Assembly (NCBI GenBank): GCA_030390025.1
Contig: CM059425.1
Location: 175,586,001-175,650,000 of the forward strand
Origin: Squalus acanthias
Taxonomy: Eukaryota
Length of the DNA stretch: 64,000 bases
Direction of reading: 5' to 3'
Shown in pieces: positions 48,780-62,479 of this stretch. Position numbers and translations under genes: made by a program. The notes under the pieces are model-generated. The model did not search any database and was not told the origin of the DNA. It worked only from the letters and a program-made list of their open reading frames with translations. The stretch's first letter is position 1, and each line of letters begins with the position of its first letter.

Positions 48780-49965
48780 TGTTTGACCTGATTCTGGGAA
48801 GAGGAAAAAGTAGGCAACCTAAAACTAGGGGTACATTTGGAAAAGGGTGGCCACAATATAATTCGGTTCAGTGCAAGAATAGAATAGAAAAAGATAGAGA
48901 AAATGCAGTGGATGTGAATTATGTGAAGTTTCTAAAAGTATTTGATCAGGCATCCCATAGGATACTTATGGCAAAAGTAATGGCCCATGGAATAAGAGGA
49001 ATGTGGCCACATCGATAGAGATGATTGGAAGGCAGAAAGCAAAGGGGAGAGGTAAAAGAAAGTTTCTCAGACCAGAAAGATTTGATGAGTGGTGTCCCAC
49101 AGGGGTCTGTGTTGGGGCTAGTCTTGCTTACTATATGCATAAATGATCTGGAATTAGGAATTGAGGGAACAATATCAAAATTTGCTGATGACACCAAAAT
49201 GGGGGTTAATGATGATGATAATTGTGAAAGACCCCAGGAGAACATTGGTTGGCTAACAGGATAGGCAGATAGGTAGCAAATGCAGTTCAATGTAGATAAA
49301 TATGAAGTATTACACTTTGGAAGTAAGAATAGGGAAAAACATAGATGTTAAATGGTAAGATTTTAAAAGAATTAGAGGAGCATTTTGGTGTGTAAATATT
49401 AGGTCAGTAAAGGTGGCAGTGCAAGAAGCTAGACCATAAAAAGGCAAATGAAATCCTTAGTCTTGTATCTAGAGGTATGGAATACAAAATAAAGGAGATA
49501 ATGTATGATTTATACAAGACATAGTATTGCGTACAGTTTAGGGAACCTCCTGATAGGAAGAAATTAAAATCAATGGAAAAGATGGAGTGAAGATTCACTA
49601 GAATGTTAGCAGGGATGAAGGGTTACAGATATGAAGAAGTTAGGGCTTTTTCACTAGAACTGATAGGTCTTTGAGGCTATGAAAGGTTATGATAACATAA
49701 ATAATGGTAAATTATTTCCATTGGTCAACAAGACGATGAGGAAAACAAATCCTTACACAAAATGTGGAATTTTCTGCCACAAAGAGTTGTTGAAGCAGAA
49801 TCCATAAATTCTTTTAAAAGGGAAGCAGTTGCTTGATAAAGAGGAATATTAAAGGATATGGGGACAAAACAGAAGAGTAGGATTAAACAATAGTGGCTCC
49901 TGTGGAGAAAAGCACCAGCACTGATTTAAGTGGCCCAGTGGCTGGTTTCTGTGCTGTAACATTCT
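48780..49965 (+). mobile_element. Old degenerate CR1 LINE
   Basis: SGVPQGSVLG..INDLELGIEGTISKFADDTK; many stops. Confidence 0.8.
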
Positions 49966-50597
49966 ATGATTGCATAAAATTATAAATACAAGAAAATGCT
50001 GGTAAAAAAATGCAGTTATCAGCAAAAAATGCTGCAACTGTTGATTGTACCATTACCGGCATATTGGTATATGTGGGGGAAGAGTTGTAGTCATGCCATC
50101 TTTTTACTTCATTTTTTGTTTTATTTGAGTTAGTTGAGAATACTGGCTGAGTTCTGGTAGTAAAGGCTGTCATTGTGTCTGGCTGTATTCATCTATGTAA
50201 CGTAATCCATGATAATCGTAAATATCTCCAGAGCTCCTAAAAGTGATATTTCAAACCATTCTAAGTAAAATGTAGGAATGTTGGACAGTTGGAAATGAAT
50301 AATATGGCTGTAATTTACTTGACATTCTGACATCACAAGCACTTGACTGAAGATTGAATGGTTCATAGATGACATATGAACTCGATTTAAATCATAAAAT
50401 TGTTGCTGAATTTGGACCATCTGTTTCTTATATATTACATCCTTAACAAAATGGAAATAATGCTAAAGGCAGTGCTCCTGAATTTCCTCGGGGCCTGGGG
50501 CGTAATGGGAGGGGTGGGGGGGTGGGGGGGGGGGGGGATAAAGCAGCCGCATGAGACCTGACTGGTGAGAGAAATCAGGTGGGACCTGGAGAAACTG

Positions 50598-51472
50598 GGA
50601 CCAGGATTTTAACTTGGAGGCGGGGAGGGAGCAGAGAGCTGGAGAACGGGTTTCCCTCAGGCCCTGCTGAATTTAACATTTTGTTTCTCTGTTTCTCGCC
50701 CGCAGCCAGCCAGATTGAGAGGCTGGCTGGCTGTCAGGCGGGTAGCAGCGTGGAGGGAGGGGTCGGAGGCTGGAGGGCGGCGATAGGTAGGAAGGCCGGG
50801 ATTGGAAGGGCCGGGGATTGGAGGCTGGACAGGGGGCGGGGGCTGAGGATCGTAGGTCAGACAGGGAGTTGGGGCTGGGGGCCGAGGATTGGAAGCCGGA
50901 CAGGGGGCCTGGGGCTGGGGACCTAGGATCGGAGGCCTGAGGGGGAGTCAGGGGCCGGGGATCGGAGGCCGGGGTGGAGGGGGTGGGGGGGGGGGTGTCG
51001 GAAAGCCAGAGGGGGGATCGGAGATCGGAGGCCTCGTTGGGGGGTGGGGTTGGCAGCCTCGAGGGGGGAGGGGTCACAAGCCTCGGGGAGAGGTCGGGGT
51101 AGATCGGAAGGTCGATGGGGGTGTCTGATCATGGGGGGTTGACGAGGCAGGAATGCTGGATCCAGCAGGTAAAGGCACTTACCTTCTGGATCTGGCAGTC
51201 CTCGCCTTCCTTTAGCTCGTGGGTTTCCCAAGACCCGGGAAACCCGGCCAGCCAGAGTTAAATTTAAAATGGAGCTTCAAAATGAGGCACGCAGCCTCAT
51301 TATAATATTTAAAGTGCCAACCCGCCTCCTGGGAACGGGTTGGTTGCCCGCACCTGTCCCGCCTCCGTTAAAACCGGAAGTGGGTGGGTTGGGGTCAGGA
51401 TTCAGATTTTTAACACTTTAACTGCCCACCCGACCCCAACCCACCCATTTTTTGGGGTTAAAATTTCACCCG
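50598..51472. mobile_element. GC-rich MITE-like element with low-complexity G-rich interior
   Basis: Imperfect ends ATTTTAAC / GTTAAAAT; repeated GGATCGGAGGC and ACCCGCC motifs. Confidence 0.4.
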
Positions 51473-52793
51473 GATGTCTGCCCAGAAGACGATCTATAAG
51501 CAGTTTCTGCTGGAGCTTGGAAGAAGAGGTACTTCCCTCTACCCCGGAAAAGCCCCCTGATGTCAGAATCAGGTGGAGCTGGTAAGAGAACTTGCCCCAC
51601 AGAATCTCTCTGGCTCTCCCTCCTTTCTGGTGTGTGATCTGGTCACTGGGGAGCAACTGGCATCAAAGCCATAGTAGTTGCAAAAGTGGAGCCCACTGGG
51701 GTCTCCAGGCTGAAGATGGTTGGCCGAAGACAGTTCCCTGAGGAACACCTGCAGCGACATCTCAGGGCTGCAATAAATCACCTCTGACAACCACGACCAT
51801 CTTCCTCTGTATCAAGTATGGCTCCTGCCACTGGATTGTTTGCCCTTTGACCCCCATTGACCTCAGTTTTGCTAGTGCTCCTTGGTGCTATACCTGGTTG
51901 AATGCTGCCTTAATGTCAAGGACAGCTATTCTCATCTCTCATTTATAGCCATGACGTAGCCCTCTCAGGATATTAGACCATGGTGTAGGTTCTTGTGGGA
52001 TATCGGGCTGTGATGTAGGCACTTAGAGGATGATTAGTTATTTTGCTTTGTGAATTACAGAAGAACGCGACGTTGAATGCTTAAAGTGTAATAGATACAA
52101 ACATGTATATTTTTAATATAATATATACACTGTTGAAATTATTCAACTATGGGTCTCTTTTTGTCTGCAACAAGTATCATAATGGCCAACACATTAAGTT
52201 TGCTTATGGGTCATGCATACTCCATTTCAGGGTATTGTTTGGTATATCTATGTTCCCTGGGTAGTATCGGACATTTTTGTATCACTAAGACATTGATTCC
52301 CTAGCTCATGTAATGTTATTACCAGCTTCCTGGTGAGTCACAGACTTTGGATGTGATGTGTACTCAGATTTGCTAATCAGGTCTGCCTGGCAGATGTCAA
52401 ACTAATATTTGTTAAAAGACAGGGATACAATTGTAGAGTAACAGTACACTCAAGGGCACTGAGTTCACTGCATATAATGGCTGAACTGAAATATGCATTG
52501 TACATCAACAGAACAGCAAGTCTGGTTGTGGTTGATTTTTGTGAAGTTTGAGAATTGTATGTGGGACAGTAAGATGCAGTTTGTTACTGCTAGGTGATCA
52601 TCTTAATTGTATACATTAGATAAGAATATAAACTGTTACATTTGATCAATATCCAAATATTGATATACTAGCACAGATTTGCTGAAAGAGTACTGTGTAT
52701 GAGAAATTGTAAAATACAAACAGAAAATGCTCGTCAGGCAGTATCTGTGGAAAGAGAAACAGAGTTAACGTTTCAGGTCACACAATACAATAA

Positions 52794-53021
52794 CAAAATA
52801 CTGCGGATGCTGGAAATCTGAAATAACAGAAAGTGCTGGAAACACTCAGCAGGTCAGGCAGCATCGAGGAGAGAGAAACAGAGCTAACGTTTCAGGTCAA
52901 ACCCTTCGTCAGAACGTTTCAGGTCGATGACCAGAACTGAAATGTCTCTCTGCCTGACTGGCTGAGTCTTTTCCAGCATTTTCTGTTTTTAGTTCAGATT
53001 TCTAGCATCCGCAGTATTTTG
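52794..53021. repeat. Fold-back (inverted) Penelope-pLTR-like element with hammerhead at 52881-52915 (-)
   Basis: CAAAATACTGCGGATGCTGGAAATCTGAA.. inverted to ..TTCAGATTTCTAGCATCCGCAGTATTTTG; CTGACGA-AGGGT-TTG-ACCT-GAAACGTT. Confidence 0.7.
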
Positions 53022-53305
53022 CTTTTGTATGAGAAGTTGTACCTGCTTTAGGAGTTTTGAGGAGAACTCATGATTTAATTCAATCTAATCAGTTTCCATC
53101 TGAAATGCCAATATTTCCTATTTTGACAGGATTGTGCCAAAACTAAAGGATGACAGGCTATAATAATCCATCAGTTGTGACATTTGTTTAATTCACTAAA
53201 GTTCTTAAATCATGCGGTGAGATAATTTTCAGATAGAGTTTGACTTATGGCTCATTGCATTTGGAAATAAGATCTATGGGGTTGATTCTCCTGTTGGTGC
53301 AGCTG

Positions 53306-53827
53306 GACGTGTAGATTACTTGAGCACAGTGTATGGAGGCTAGTTGACGTGTAGATTACTTGAGCACAGTGTATGGAGGCTAGTTGACGTGTAGATTACT
53401 TGGGCACAGTGTATGGAGGCTAGTTGATGTGTAGATTACTTGGGCACAGTGTATGGAGGCTAGTTGACGTGTAGATTACTTGGGCACAGTGTATGGAGGC
53501 TAGTTGATGTGTAGATTACTTGGGCACAGTGTATGGAGGCTAGTTGATGTGTAGATTACTTGGGCACAGTGTATGGAGGCTAGTTGACGTGTAGATTACT
53601 TGGGCACAGTGTATGGAGGCTAGTTGATGTGTAGATTACTTGGGCACAGTGTATGGAGGCTAGTTGACGTGTAGATTACTTGGGCACAGTGTATGGAGGC
53701 TAGTTGACGTGTAGATTACTTGGGCACAGTGTATGGAGGCTAGTTGATGTGTAGATTACTTGAGCACAGTGTATGGAGGCTAGTTGACGTGTAGATTACT
53801 TGGGCACAGTGTATGGAGGCTAGTTGA
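53306..53827. repeat. Minisatellite, 13 x 40 bp
   Basis: Unit GA(C/T)GTGTAGATTACTTG(G/A)GCACAGTGTATGGAGGCTAGTT; only two variable positions. Confidence 0.97.
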
Positions 53828-54789
53828 GGGAAGAGGAGTGCACCCATTAGAAAGGAGTCCACCTGATTTTGCTCCAGTAATTTAAAAAGCCAGAAGGTTC
53901 GACAGGCTTCCTTGTGACCCACCCTGTCTGATTTTCCAGTATGAGCTGTGCTCAGCAGATCCAATACACTTGGGCATAGAAACAGGAAAAACTGCCCCTA
54001 TTTTTATTTGAGCAGAAACAGACAATTTTCACCCTCTTTCCTGACTCAGAGATGCTGATACATTTGTAACATTCCTACTGCTCCCCATGAGATCTGCTAA
54101 TTCAGCACAGACTGGATTGAACAGGGGACCTTCATGGTCTGTGTGACTCAACTAATGCCTGGATAAATTCATGGCGAAATCAGGAAGTAGACTTTATAAT
54201 ATATGGAAGTGTATTACATTCCAATTGTTAAACTCTTGGGGGGGATAAGAAGAAAAAGTTGGCAGGGAAATTTATTTCTGTTCAACACAGTTATACTGTG
54301 GTGCTTGTAGTCCATTCAGTGGCTATTTAAATATTTATTACGTAATTAACTGCAAGAAGAGGCATTATTTTCACTACCGCCTGGATCTCCTTGGGGGCCA
54401 CTAGTAGATTCCTCCTTGCTGACAGGGGTCCTGCTGGGGGCCTGTCATAAATACATAATGACCTTGAAATCCAGGAAACTGGACCAGAGTCGTGACAACA
54501 GGTGTAGGTCCCACTGTGATTTTTCTGAGGACAAAAATATGTGCTTTATTTAATCTTGAAAACTAATGAGCATTATAAAAGCGTGAGGTGTTTAACCTGC
54601 TGCAAATTAACCTTTGTAAACCTAACTATAGCAGCAATACAAGAATAATAAACTTCAGGGATGCATCTACATTATCTTTGATATAATGCCTTCCTGACTG
54701 ACCTGATTGTCTCTCTGCCGAGGTGTGATAAAAGGCAGTCAGAAAGATTAACTGTAGTCGTCTGACATTGTACACTGCACAGGCATTGT

Positions 54790-54950
54790 TCTCTGTCTAT
54801 ATATGCTTTGCCGATTCATATTCCTTCACTTCACCTGACGAAGGAGCAGCAGCTCCGAAAGCTTGTGATTTCAAATAAAACTGTTGGACTATAACCTGGT
54901 GTTGTGCGACTTCTCACTTTTGTCCACCCCAGTCCAACACCGGCATCTCC
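54790..54950 (+). mobile_element. Solo Penelope pseudo-LTR fragment
   Basis: Reverse complement of 20895-21045. Confidence 0.85.
54831..54868 (+). ncRNA. Minimal type I hammerhead ribozyme
   Basis: TCAC-CTGACGA-A-GGAGC-AGCA-GCTCC-GAA-AGCT-T-GTGA. Confidence 0.75.
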
Positions 54951-55334
54951 GCATTCTTGATATTGTGACACATTGGTTTAACCAGCTGAACCACTGAAGT
55001 TATTGACTTATTTTATATTACTAGTAAGCTCAAAAACACATTTTAATGACTTCTAGGAGGTTAATATTCCTGCTTACAAATGGTTTGTTTAACTATATTC
55101 AGAAATTGTATTTAGAAGTCAAGATTACCTTGCCATTGCCCTTTCTTGCTCAAAATGTTATACAAAGAGTTACTAATTTATTGCAAAACCATTTTCATTG
55201 GCTAACTACATCCCGAATTCTAAATAATTGTACACAGCCACAAAAAAACAATATTTCAGCATCAACCTTTGGATTGTTATCATCCGTAAGAGATCAGTGA
55301 ATTCCAATTTGAAATGATATCAAATCGTGTAAGA

Positions 55335-58110
55335 TCATACTTTACAGCCAATGTCCCAGACTCCTTCGTCACCATCCCTGGGTATGTCCTGTCCCACCGG
55401 CAGGATAGACCCACCAGGGGTGGTGGCACAGTGGTATACAGTTGGGAAGGAGTGGCCCTGGGAGTCCTCAACATTGACTCCAGACCCCATGAAGTCTCAT
55501 GGCTTCAGGTCAAGCACAGGCAAGGAAACCTCCTGCTGATTACCATCTACCGCCCTACCTTAGCTGATGAATCAGTACTCCTCCATGTTGAACACCAGTT
55601 GGAAGAAGCACTGAGAGTAGCAAGGGCACAGAATGTACTCTGGGTGGGGGACTTCAATGTCCATCACCAAGAGTGGCTCGGTAGCACCACTACTGACCGA
55701 GCTGGCCGAGTCCTGAAGGACATAACTGCCAGTCTGGGTCTGCGACAAGTGGTGAGAGAACCAACACGAGGGAAAAACCTACTTGACCTTGTCCTCACCA
55801 ATCTACCTGTCACAGATGCATCTGTCCATGACAGCATCGGTAGCAGTGACCACCGCACAGTTATTGTGGAGACGAAGTCCCATCTCCACACTGAGGACAC
55901 CCTCCATCGTGTTGTGTGGCTCTACCACTGTGCTAAATGGGATAGATTCAGAACAGATCTAGCAGCTCAAAGCTGGGCATCCATGAGGCGCTGTGGGTCA
56001 TCAGCAGCAGCAGAATTGTATTCCACCACAATCTGTAACCTCATGGCCTGACATATCCCTCACTCTACCATTACCATCAAGCCAGGGGACCAACCCTGGT
56101 TCAATAATGAGTGTAGAAGAGCATGCCAGGAGCAGCAACCAAGCGTACCTAAAAATGAGGTGCCAACCTGCGGAAGCTGCAACACAGGACTACATGCATG
56201 CTAAACAGCAGAAGCAGCATGGTATAGACAGGGTTAAGTGATCCCACAATCAACGGATCAGATCAAAGCTCTGCAGTCCTGCCACATCCAGTCGTGAATG
56301 GTGGTGGACCATTAAGCAACTAACGTGAGGAGGAGGCTCCATGAATATCCCCATCCTCAATGATGGTGGAGCCCAGCACGTGAGTGCAAAAGACAAGGCT
56401 GAAGCGTTTGCAACCATCTTCAGCCAGGAGTGCCGAGTGGATGATCCATATCGGATTCCTCCTGAGGTCCCCACCATCACAGAAACCAGTCTTCAGCCAA
56501 TTCGATTCACTCCACGTGATATCAAGAAACGGCTGAGTGCATTGGTACAGCAAAGGCTATGGGTCCCGACAACATCCCGGCTGTCGTGCTGAAGACTTGT
56601 GCTTTAGAACTAGCAGCGTTTCTAGCCAAGCTGTTCCAGTACAGCTGCAACACTGGCATCTATCCGACAATGTGGAAAACTGCCCAGGTATGTCCTGTCC
56701 ACAAAAAGCAGGACAAATCCAATCCGGCCAATTACTGCCCCATCAGTATACTCTCAATCATCAGCAAAGTGATGGAAGGTGTCATCGATAGTGCTATCAA
56801 GCGGCACTTACTCACCAATAACCTGCTCACTGATGCCCAGTTTGGGTTCCGCCAAGACCACTCGGCTCCCGATCTCATTACAGCCTTGGTCCAAACATGG
56901 ATGAAGGAGCTGAATTCCTGAGGTGTGGTGAGAGTGACTGCCCTTGACATCAAGGCAGCATTTGACCGAGTGTGGCATCCAGGAGTCCTAGTAAAACTGA
57001 AGTCAATGGGAATCAGGGGGAAAACTCTCCACTGGCTGGAGTCATACCGAGCACAAAGGAAGATGGTTGTGGTGGTTGAAGGTCAATCATCACAGCCCCA
57101 GGACATCGCTGCAGTAGTCCTCAGGGCAGTGTCCTAGGCCCAACCATCTTCAGCTGCTTCATCAATGACCTTCCCTTCAACATAAGGTCAGAAATGGGGA
57201 TGTTCACTGATGACTGCACATTGTTCAGTGCCATTCACAACTCCTCAGATAATTATGAAGCAGTCCATGCCCGCATGCAACAAGACCTGGACGACGTTCA
57301 GGCTTAGGCTGATAAGTGGCAGGTAACATTCGTGCCACACAAGTGCCAGGCAGTGACTATCTCCAACAAGCGAGAGTCTAACCACCGCCCATTGACATTC
57401 AATGGCATTACCATCGCCGAATCCCCCACCATCAACATCCTGGGGGTCACCATTGACCAGAAACTTAACTGGACCAGCCACATAAATACTGTGGCAACAA
57501 GAACAGGTCAGAGGCTAGGTATTCTGTGGCGAGTGTCTCACCTCCTGACTCCCCAAAGCCTTTCCACCATCTACAAGGCACAAGTAAGGAGTGTGATGGA
57601 ATACTCTCCACTTGCCTGGATGAGTGCAGCTGCAACAACACTCAAGAAGCTTGACACCATCCAGGACAAAGCAGCCCACTTGATTGGCACCCCATCTACC
57701 AACTTAAACATTCACTCCCTCCACCACCGGCGTACCGTGGCTGCAGTGTGTACCATCTACAAGATGCACTGCAGCAACTCGCCAAGGCTTCTTCGGCAGC
57801 ACCTCCCAAACCCGCGACCTCTACCACCGAGAAGGCCAAGGGCAGCAGGCACATGGGAACTCCACCACCTCCAAGTTCCCCTCCAAGTCACACACCATCC
57901 TGACTTAGAAGTATATCGCTGATCCTTCATCGTCGCTGGGTTAAAATCCTGGAACTCCCTCCCTAACAGCACTGTGGGAGTACCTTCACCACACGGACTG
58001 CAGCGGTTCAAGAAGGCGGCTCACCAGCAACTTCTCGAGGGCAATTAGGGATGGGCAATAAATGCTGGCATTGCCAGCGACGCCTTCATCCCATAAACGA
58101 ATTTTAAAAA
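55335..58110 (+). mobile_element. CR1-type family B LINE, nearly complete ORF2 (APE+RT), decayed
   Basis: WVGDFNVHH, LLDLVLTN, SDH, NYCPISILS, ALDIKAAFD; family-B 3' end. Confidence 0.93.
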
Positions 58111-60814
58111 ATTGCATCATCATTCAATGATGCTCTATTTTTCACTGTTCTTTTTCCACAATTCATTTTGGCATTCATTATTGGTTGAATAGTACCCAGA
58201 TTTAGAAAGTGGATGAATGGCTCAACAATTAAAGCTCTTTCTGCATCTCTGTTCTGTTTCAACTGACTGGCAATTTGCCAATCTGGTCAGATCTGATGCA
58301 TTTGCCTACTCCAGGGCTTTTGAGACCTCCTGGGAAATGCAAACTGTATCAGTATTTCATTTCAGAGAGGACTAGCTCCTAAATAATGTTTGACACTGAG
58401 AGAGACAGCCAAAGATATTAAAGCCATACCATTAAAGCCTCTTAAGAAATTAGAATAGAAGCTTGAAAAGGCTGATGGGGCTTTCACAGAAATACTGCTT
58501 TATCTTAAATTGATTTGTTTTTAGCTTTAATTCTTAAGGGGTTGTGGGTGGCAGGAACTTGATGCTGTCTGTTATGATCTAATTTTTCATTCATACTCTG
58601 ATGCCACTGGACTAGGATTTTGACTTTTAAGCCATCACTGATTTTTTTTAAAAATCCACCTATCCTGATCTGAACTGCAATAAGAGCAATGAACTGATGT
58701 ATAACAAAATTATTCAGTCCTTTTAAAAACTCCAGTCAGGTTTCTAAGAACAGTGCCATCCTTGAAATCAGAGGAGCTGATGATGCAATCTTTGGCACCT
58801 GTAGCACTGCTTTGCATTGCGCTCCAGCTCCCCTTATAATGAGATTCAAAGGCTTATTAAATCCCTGAATCTCAATCAAGTGAGTGGAGATTCCCATAGT
58901 ACAAGTGGAACACCTCAACAGTGCACCCATATAGAATGGGCACTGCAAGGAAAGCCTGTTCTCTTCAGTTGGATCCTTGCACTTAAAGGCACTTTGCTAT
59001 TCTTGGTGTATGTGTTCATTAGTCCCCTAGAATTCTTTTCATTTGGTGTATTTTCCAGCATTTTGGAATGCAGTTCATCACCCAGAATATGGACATATAT
59101 TTTAATTACACTTGAGTAAGTCAATTATTTTTGTAAAATTTAAATGATAGATTAAAAAAATAAAGTTTGGTATTTTTGAAAATATGATAAAGTTTACTTA
59201 AAACATTTTGCACTTTTGAAAGAAATAATCTTTAAAATATCCACTAAACAGTTGTATAGTTTAGAAGAAAATATCAAATTGTTGCCATTTGCATTAATAT
59301 TGTTCCTTCCACTGCTAGATTGAAGCAGATTCTAGAGATAAATTTAATCCATGTTCATTTTCACTGCTTTTATTCCCATTGTAATGATTTGAAATGCTAT
59401 TAATGAAAAGCTTAATCTTGGTGAAACAATCTTGTTTTCTTCCATGTATAATAAGAATTTGGTTGATTGGGGCATTTAAAAGCAATATAGCGTCTCTGTT
59501 AACATATCGGGCCTCAATTAATAGACTGGAAGTACAGGGAGGAAAACTCCACATAAATATTGACTATGAATCTGCTTTTTTAATTAAAAGATACATTTGT
59601 TAGGTTCTAGTTTTTTTAACAGCTATTTAAATATGTTATTAAGAACCCTGGTTGCATCTGCTAGATTGTGCTTTGTACCAGATGGCTGAAAGTACACATT
59701 GGCAATTTGATGACTACTTCTCCTGTAATCATTTCAGTGTTCTGCTGGAATGGCCAAGGCTGGAACAATTGATAGCATGAACTGTAGAAAAGGAATTAGT
59801 TCTGAAAAAGAACTTGCAGAACTAAAGGTGGAAAGTTCCTGGTCCTCGATGGCATGAACCATAGGCAATTGAAAGAAGTCAGGGAGGAGATGGCAGAGAC
59901 TCTGGTCACAATGCTTCAATTCTCCTAAAATGTGCAATTTGTGCAGTGGAACTGAAGAATAACCGATGCAACCCCTTTGTTCATTGAGGGAGAGTAGAAT
60001 AAACCAGGTAACTGTAAAATAGACCAGTTAGCCTAAAATTGGTTGTAGGCAAACTCTTAAGGGGTGATTTGTGTCTTGCAATCGCCTCATTTATGCCTAA
60101 CAATGCGTCAGTAGCAGGACCAAAATCATGTGGAGGATTTGAACCACCACATTATTGCTGGTTATCCACCCATTCTGATTTTGCGGATGGCCAGAGGTCC
60201 TGCTGAAAATAGGCAGAAGCCTCATTAATATATGCAAATCAGAGTCAAATGATGCAGATAAGACTCCAATGACCCACATTGCTATTGCCAGTTCTTCAAC
60301 CTGCCCATAAACCATGGATCTTACAAGTCAGGAGGTGGCCATTTTCAGTAGTATTTGAAGGGATCCTTGATTGCAGAGAGGGAACGCTGGAAGCAGGTCT
60401 GGCACTCCATTTTACTGCAGTCCGCTGTAGGCATTGCAATCATTTCCCCTGCCCCTATAAGCCACTGCTCCCTTTCATTTCCAACACTTCCACCCCTCCC
60501 CATTAAGTTGTTGCTGCAAGCCCATCAAGAGGGTTGCTCCTTAGATTTACAAACCTCCGAATTGATGAGCTGTCAACAAGGAACTCAATTAGCACTGGCA
60601 GCTCACCAATTCAATGTTAATGAGGCCCAACCATAAAAATCGATCAGGCTTCCCGCTGACTGCATTAAGCGTGGAGTGTAGGTGTCCCACCCACTACCTG
60701 CCTGATATACACCCAAACTGAAAATTGCCTACTTAGAATCCATAATTCAAGATGAAATTAAGGAGCGTTTAGAAATGCATGGGTTAATCAAGAACAGTCA
60801 GTACAAATTTACTA

Positions 60815-62478
60815 CAACAACAACAACAACTTGTATTTATATAGCACCTTTAACATCCCAAGGTGCTTTACAGGAGTATTATAAGACTAAAAATTGACAC
60901 CGAGCCACATAAGGATAAATTAGGGCTGGTGACCAAATGCTTGGTCAAAGATGTAGGTTTTAAGGAGCGTCTTAAAGGAGGAACGAGAGGTAGCGAGGCA
61001 GAGAGGTTTAGGCAGGGAATTCCAGAGCTTAGGACCGAGGCAACAGAAGGCACGGCCACCAATGGTTGAGCGATTATAATCAGGGATGCTCAAGAAGGCA
61101 GAATTAGAGAAGCGCAGATATCTCGGGGGGTTGTGGGGCTGAAGGAGATTACAGAGATAGGAAGGGGCGAGGCCATGGAGGGATTTGAAAATAAGGATGT
61201 GAAATTTGAAATCGAGGCGTTGCTTAATCGGGAGCCAATGTAGGTCAACGAGCACAGTGGTAATGGGTGAACGGGACTTGGTGTGAGTTAGGACACAGGC
61301 AGCCGAGTTTTGGATGACCTCAAGTTTACGTAGGGTAGAATGTGGGAGGCCAGCCAGGAGTGCGTTGGAATAGTCAAGTCTAGAGGTAACAAAGACCTGG
61401 ATGAGTGTTTCAGCAGTGGATGAGCTGAGGCAAGGGCGGAGACGGGCAATGTTATGGAACGGAAATAGCCGGTCTTAGTTATGCCTTGGATATGTAGTCG
61501 GAAGCTCATTTCGGGGTCAAACAGTGTGGTTCAGCCTCAGACAGATGTTAGGGGGTGAGATGGAATCAGTGGCTAGGGAACGGAGATTGTGGCGGGGACA
61601 GAAAACAATAGCTTCGGTCTTCCCAATATTTAATTGGAGAAAGTTTCTGCTCATCCAGAACTGCATGTCTGACAATTTAGAGACCGTGGAGGGGTCGAGA
61701 GAAGTGGTGGTGAGGTAGAGCTGGGTGCCGTCAGCGTACATGTGGAAACTGACGCTGTATTTTTGGATGATGTCGCCAAGGGGCAGCATGTAGATGAGAA
61801 ATAGGAGGGGGCCAAGGATAGATCCTTGGGGGACACCAGAGGTAACGATGCGGGAGCAGGAAGAGAAGCAATTGCAGGTGATTCCCTGGCTACGATTAGA
61901 TAGATAAGAATGGAACCAGGCGAGTGCAGTCCCACCCAGCTGGACGACGGTGGAGAGGCATTGGAGAAGGATGGAGTGGTCAATGGTTGCAGACAAGTCC
62001 AGAAGGACGAGGAGGGATAGTTTACCTTTGTCACAGTCACAAAGGATGTCATTTGTGAATTTGATGAGAGCCGTTTCGGTACTGTGGCAGGGACAGAAAC
62101 CTGATTGGAGGGATTCAAACATGGCGTTACAGGAAAGATGGGCACGGATTTGAGAGGCAACAACACGTTCAAGGACTTTGAAGAGGAAAGGGTGGTTGGA
62201 GATGGGGCGGTAGTTTGCAAGGATGGAGGGGTCAAGGGTTGCTTTTTTGAGGAGATGGGTGATGACAGCAGATTTGAAGGTGAGGGGGACAGTACCTGAG
62301 GAGAGAGAACCATTAACAATGTCAGCTAACATGGGAGCCAGAAAAGGAAGTTGGGTGGTCAGCAGTTTGGTGGGAATAGACTCGAGGGAACATGAAGTGG
62401 GTCTCATGGACAAGGTGAGTGTGGAGAGGTCATGAGGGGAGATCAGAGAGAAACTGGAGAAAGATGTGAGTTCGGGGC
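60815..62478 (-). mobile_element. L2 LINE, 5'-truncated
   Basis: NYRPISNHPF, LLDLSA, GVPQGSILGP, HMYADGTQLY, LHWLPIKQR; (TTG)n tail. Confidence 0.92.
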
Positions 62479-62479
62479 C

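Noticed and set aside
53306..53827. CRISPR array
   Set aside because: Head-to-tail repeats with no unique spacers, no cas genes, vertebrate context
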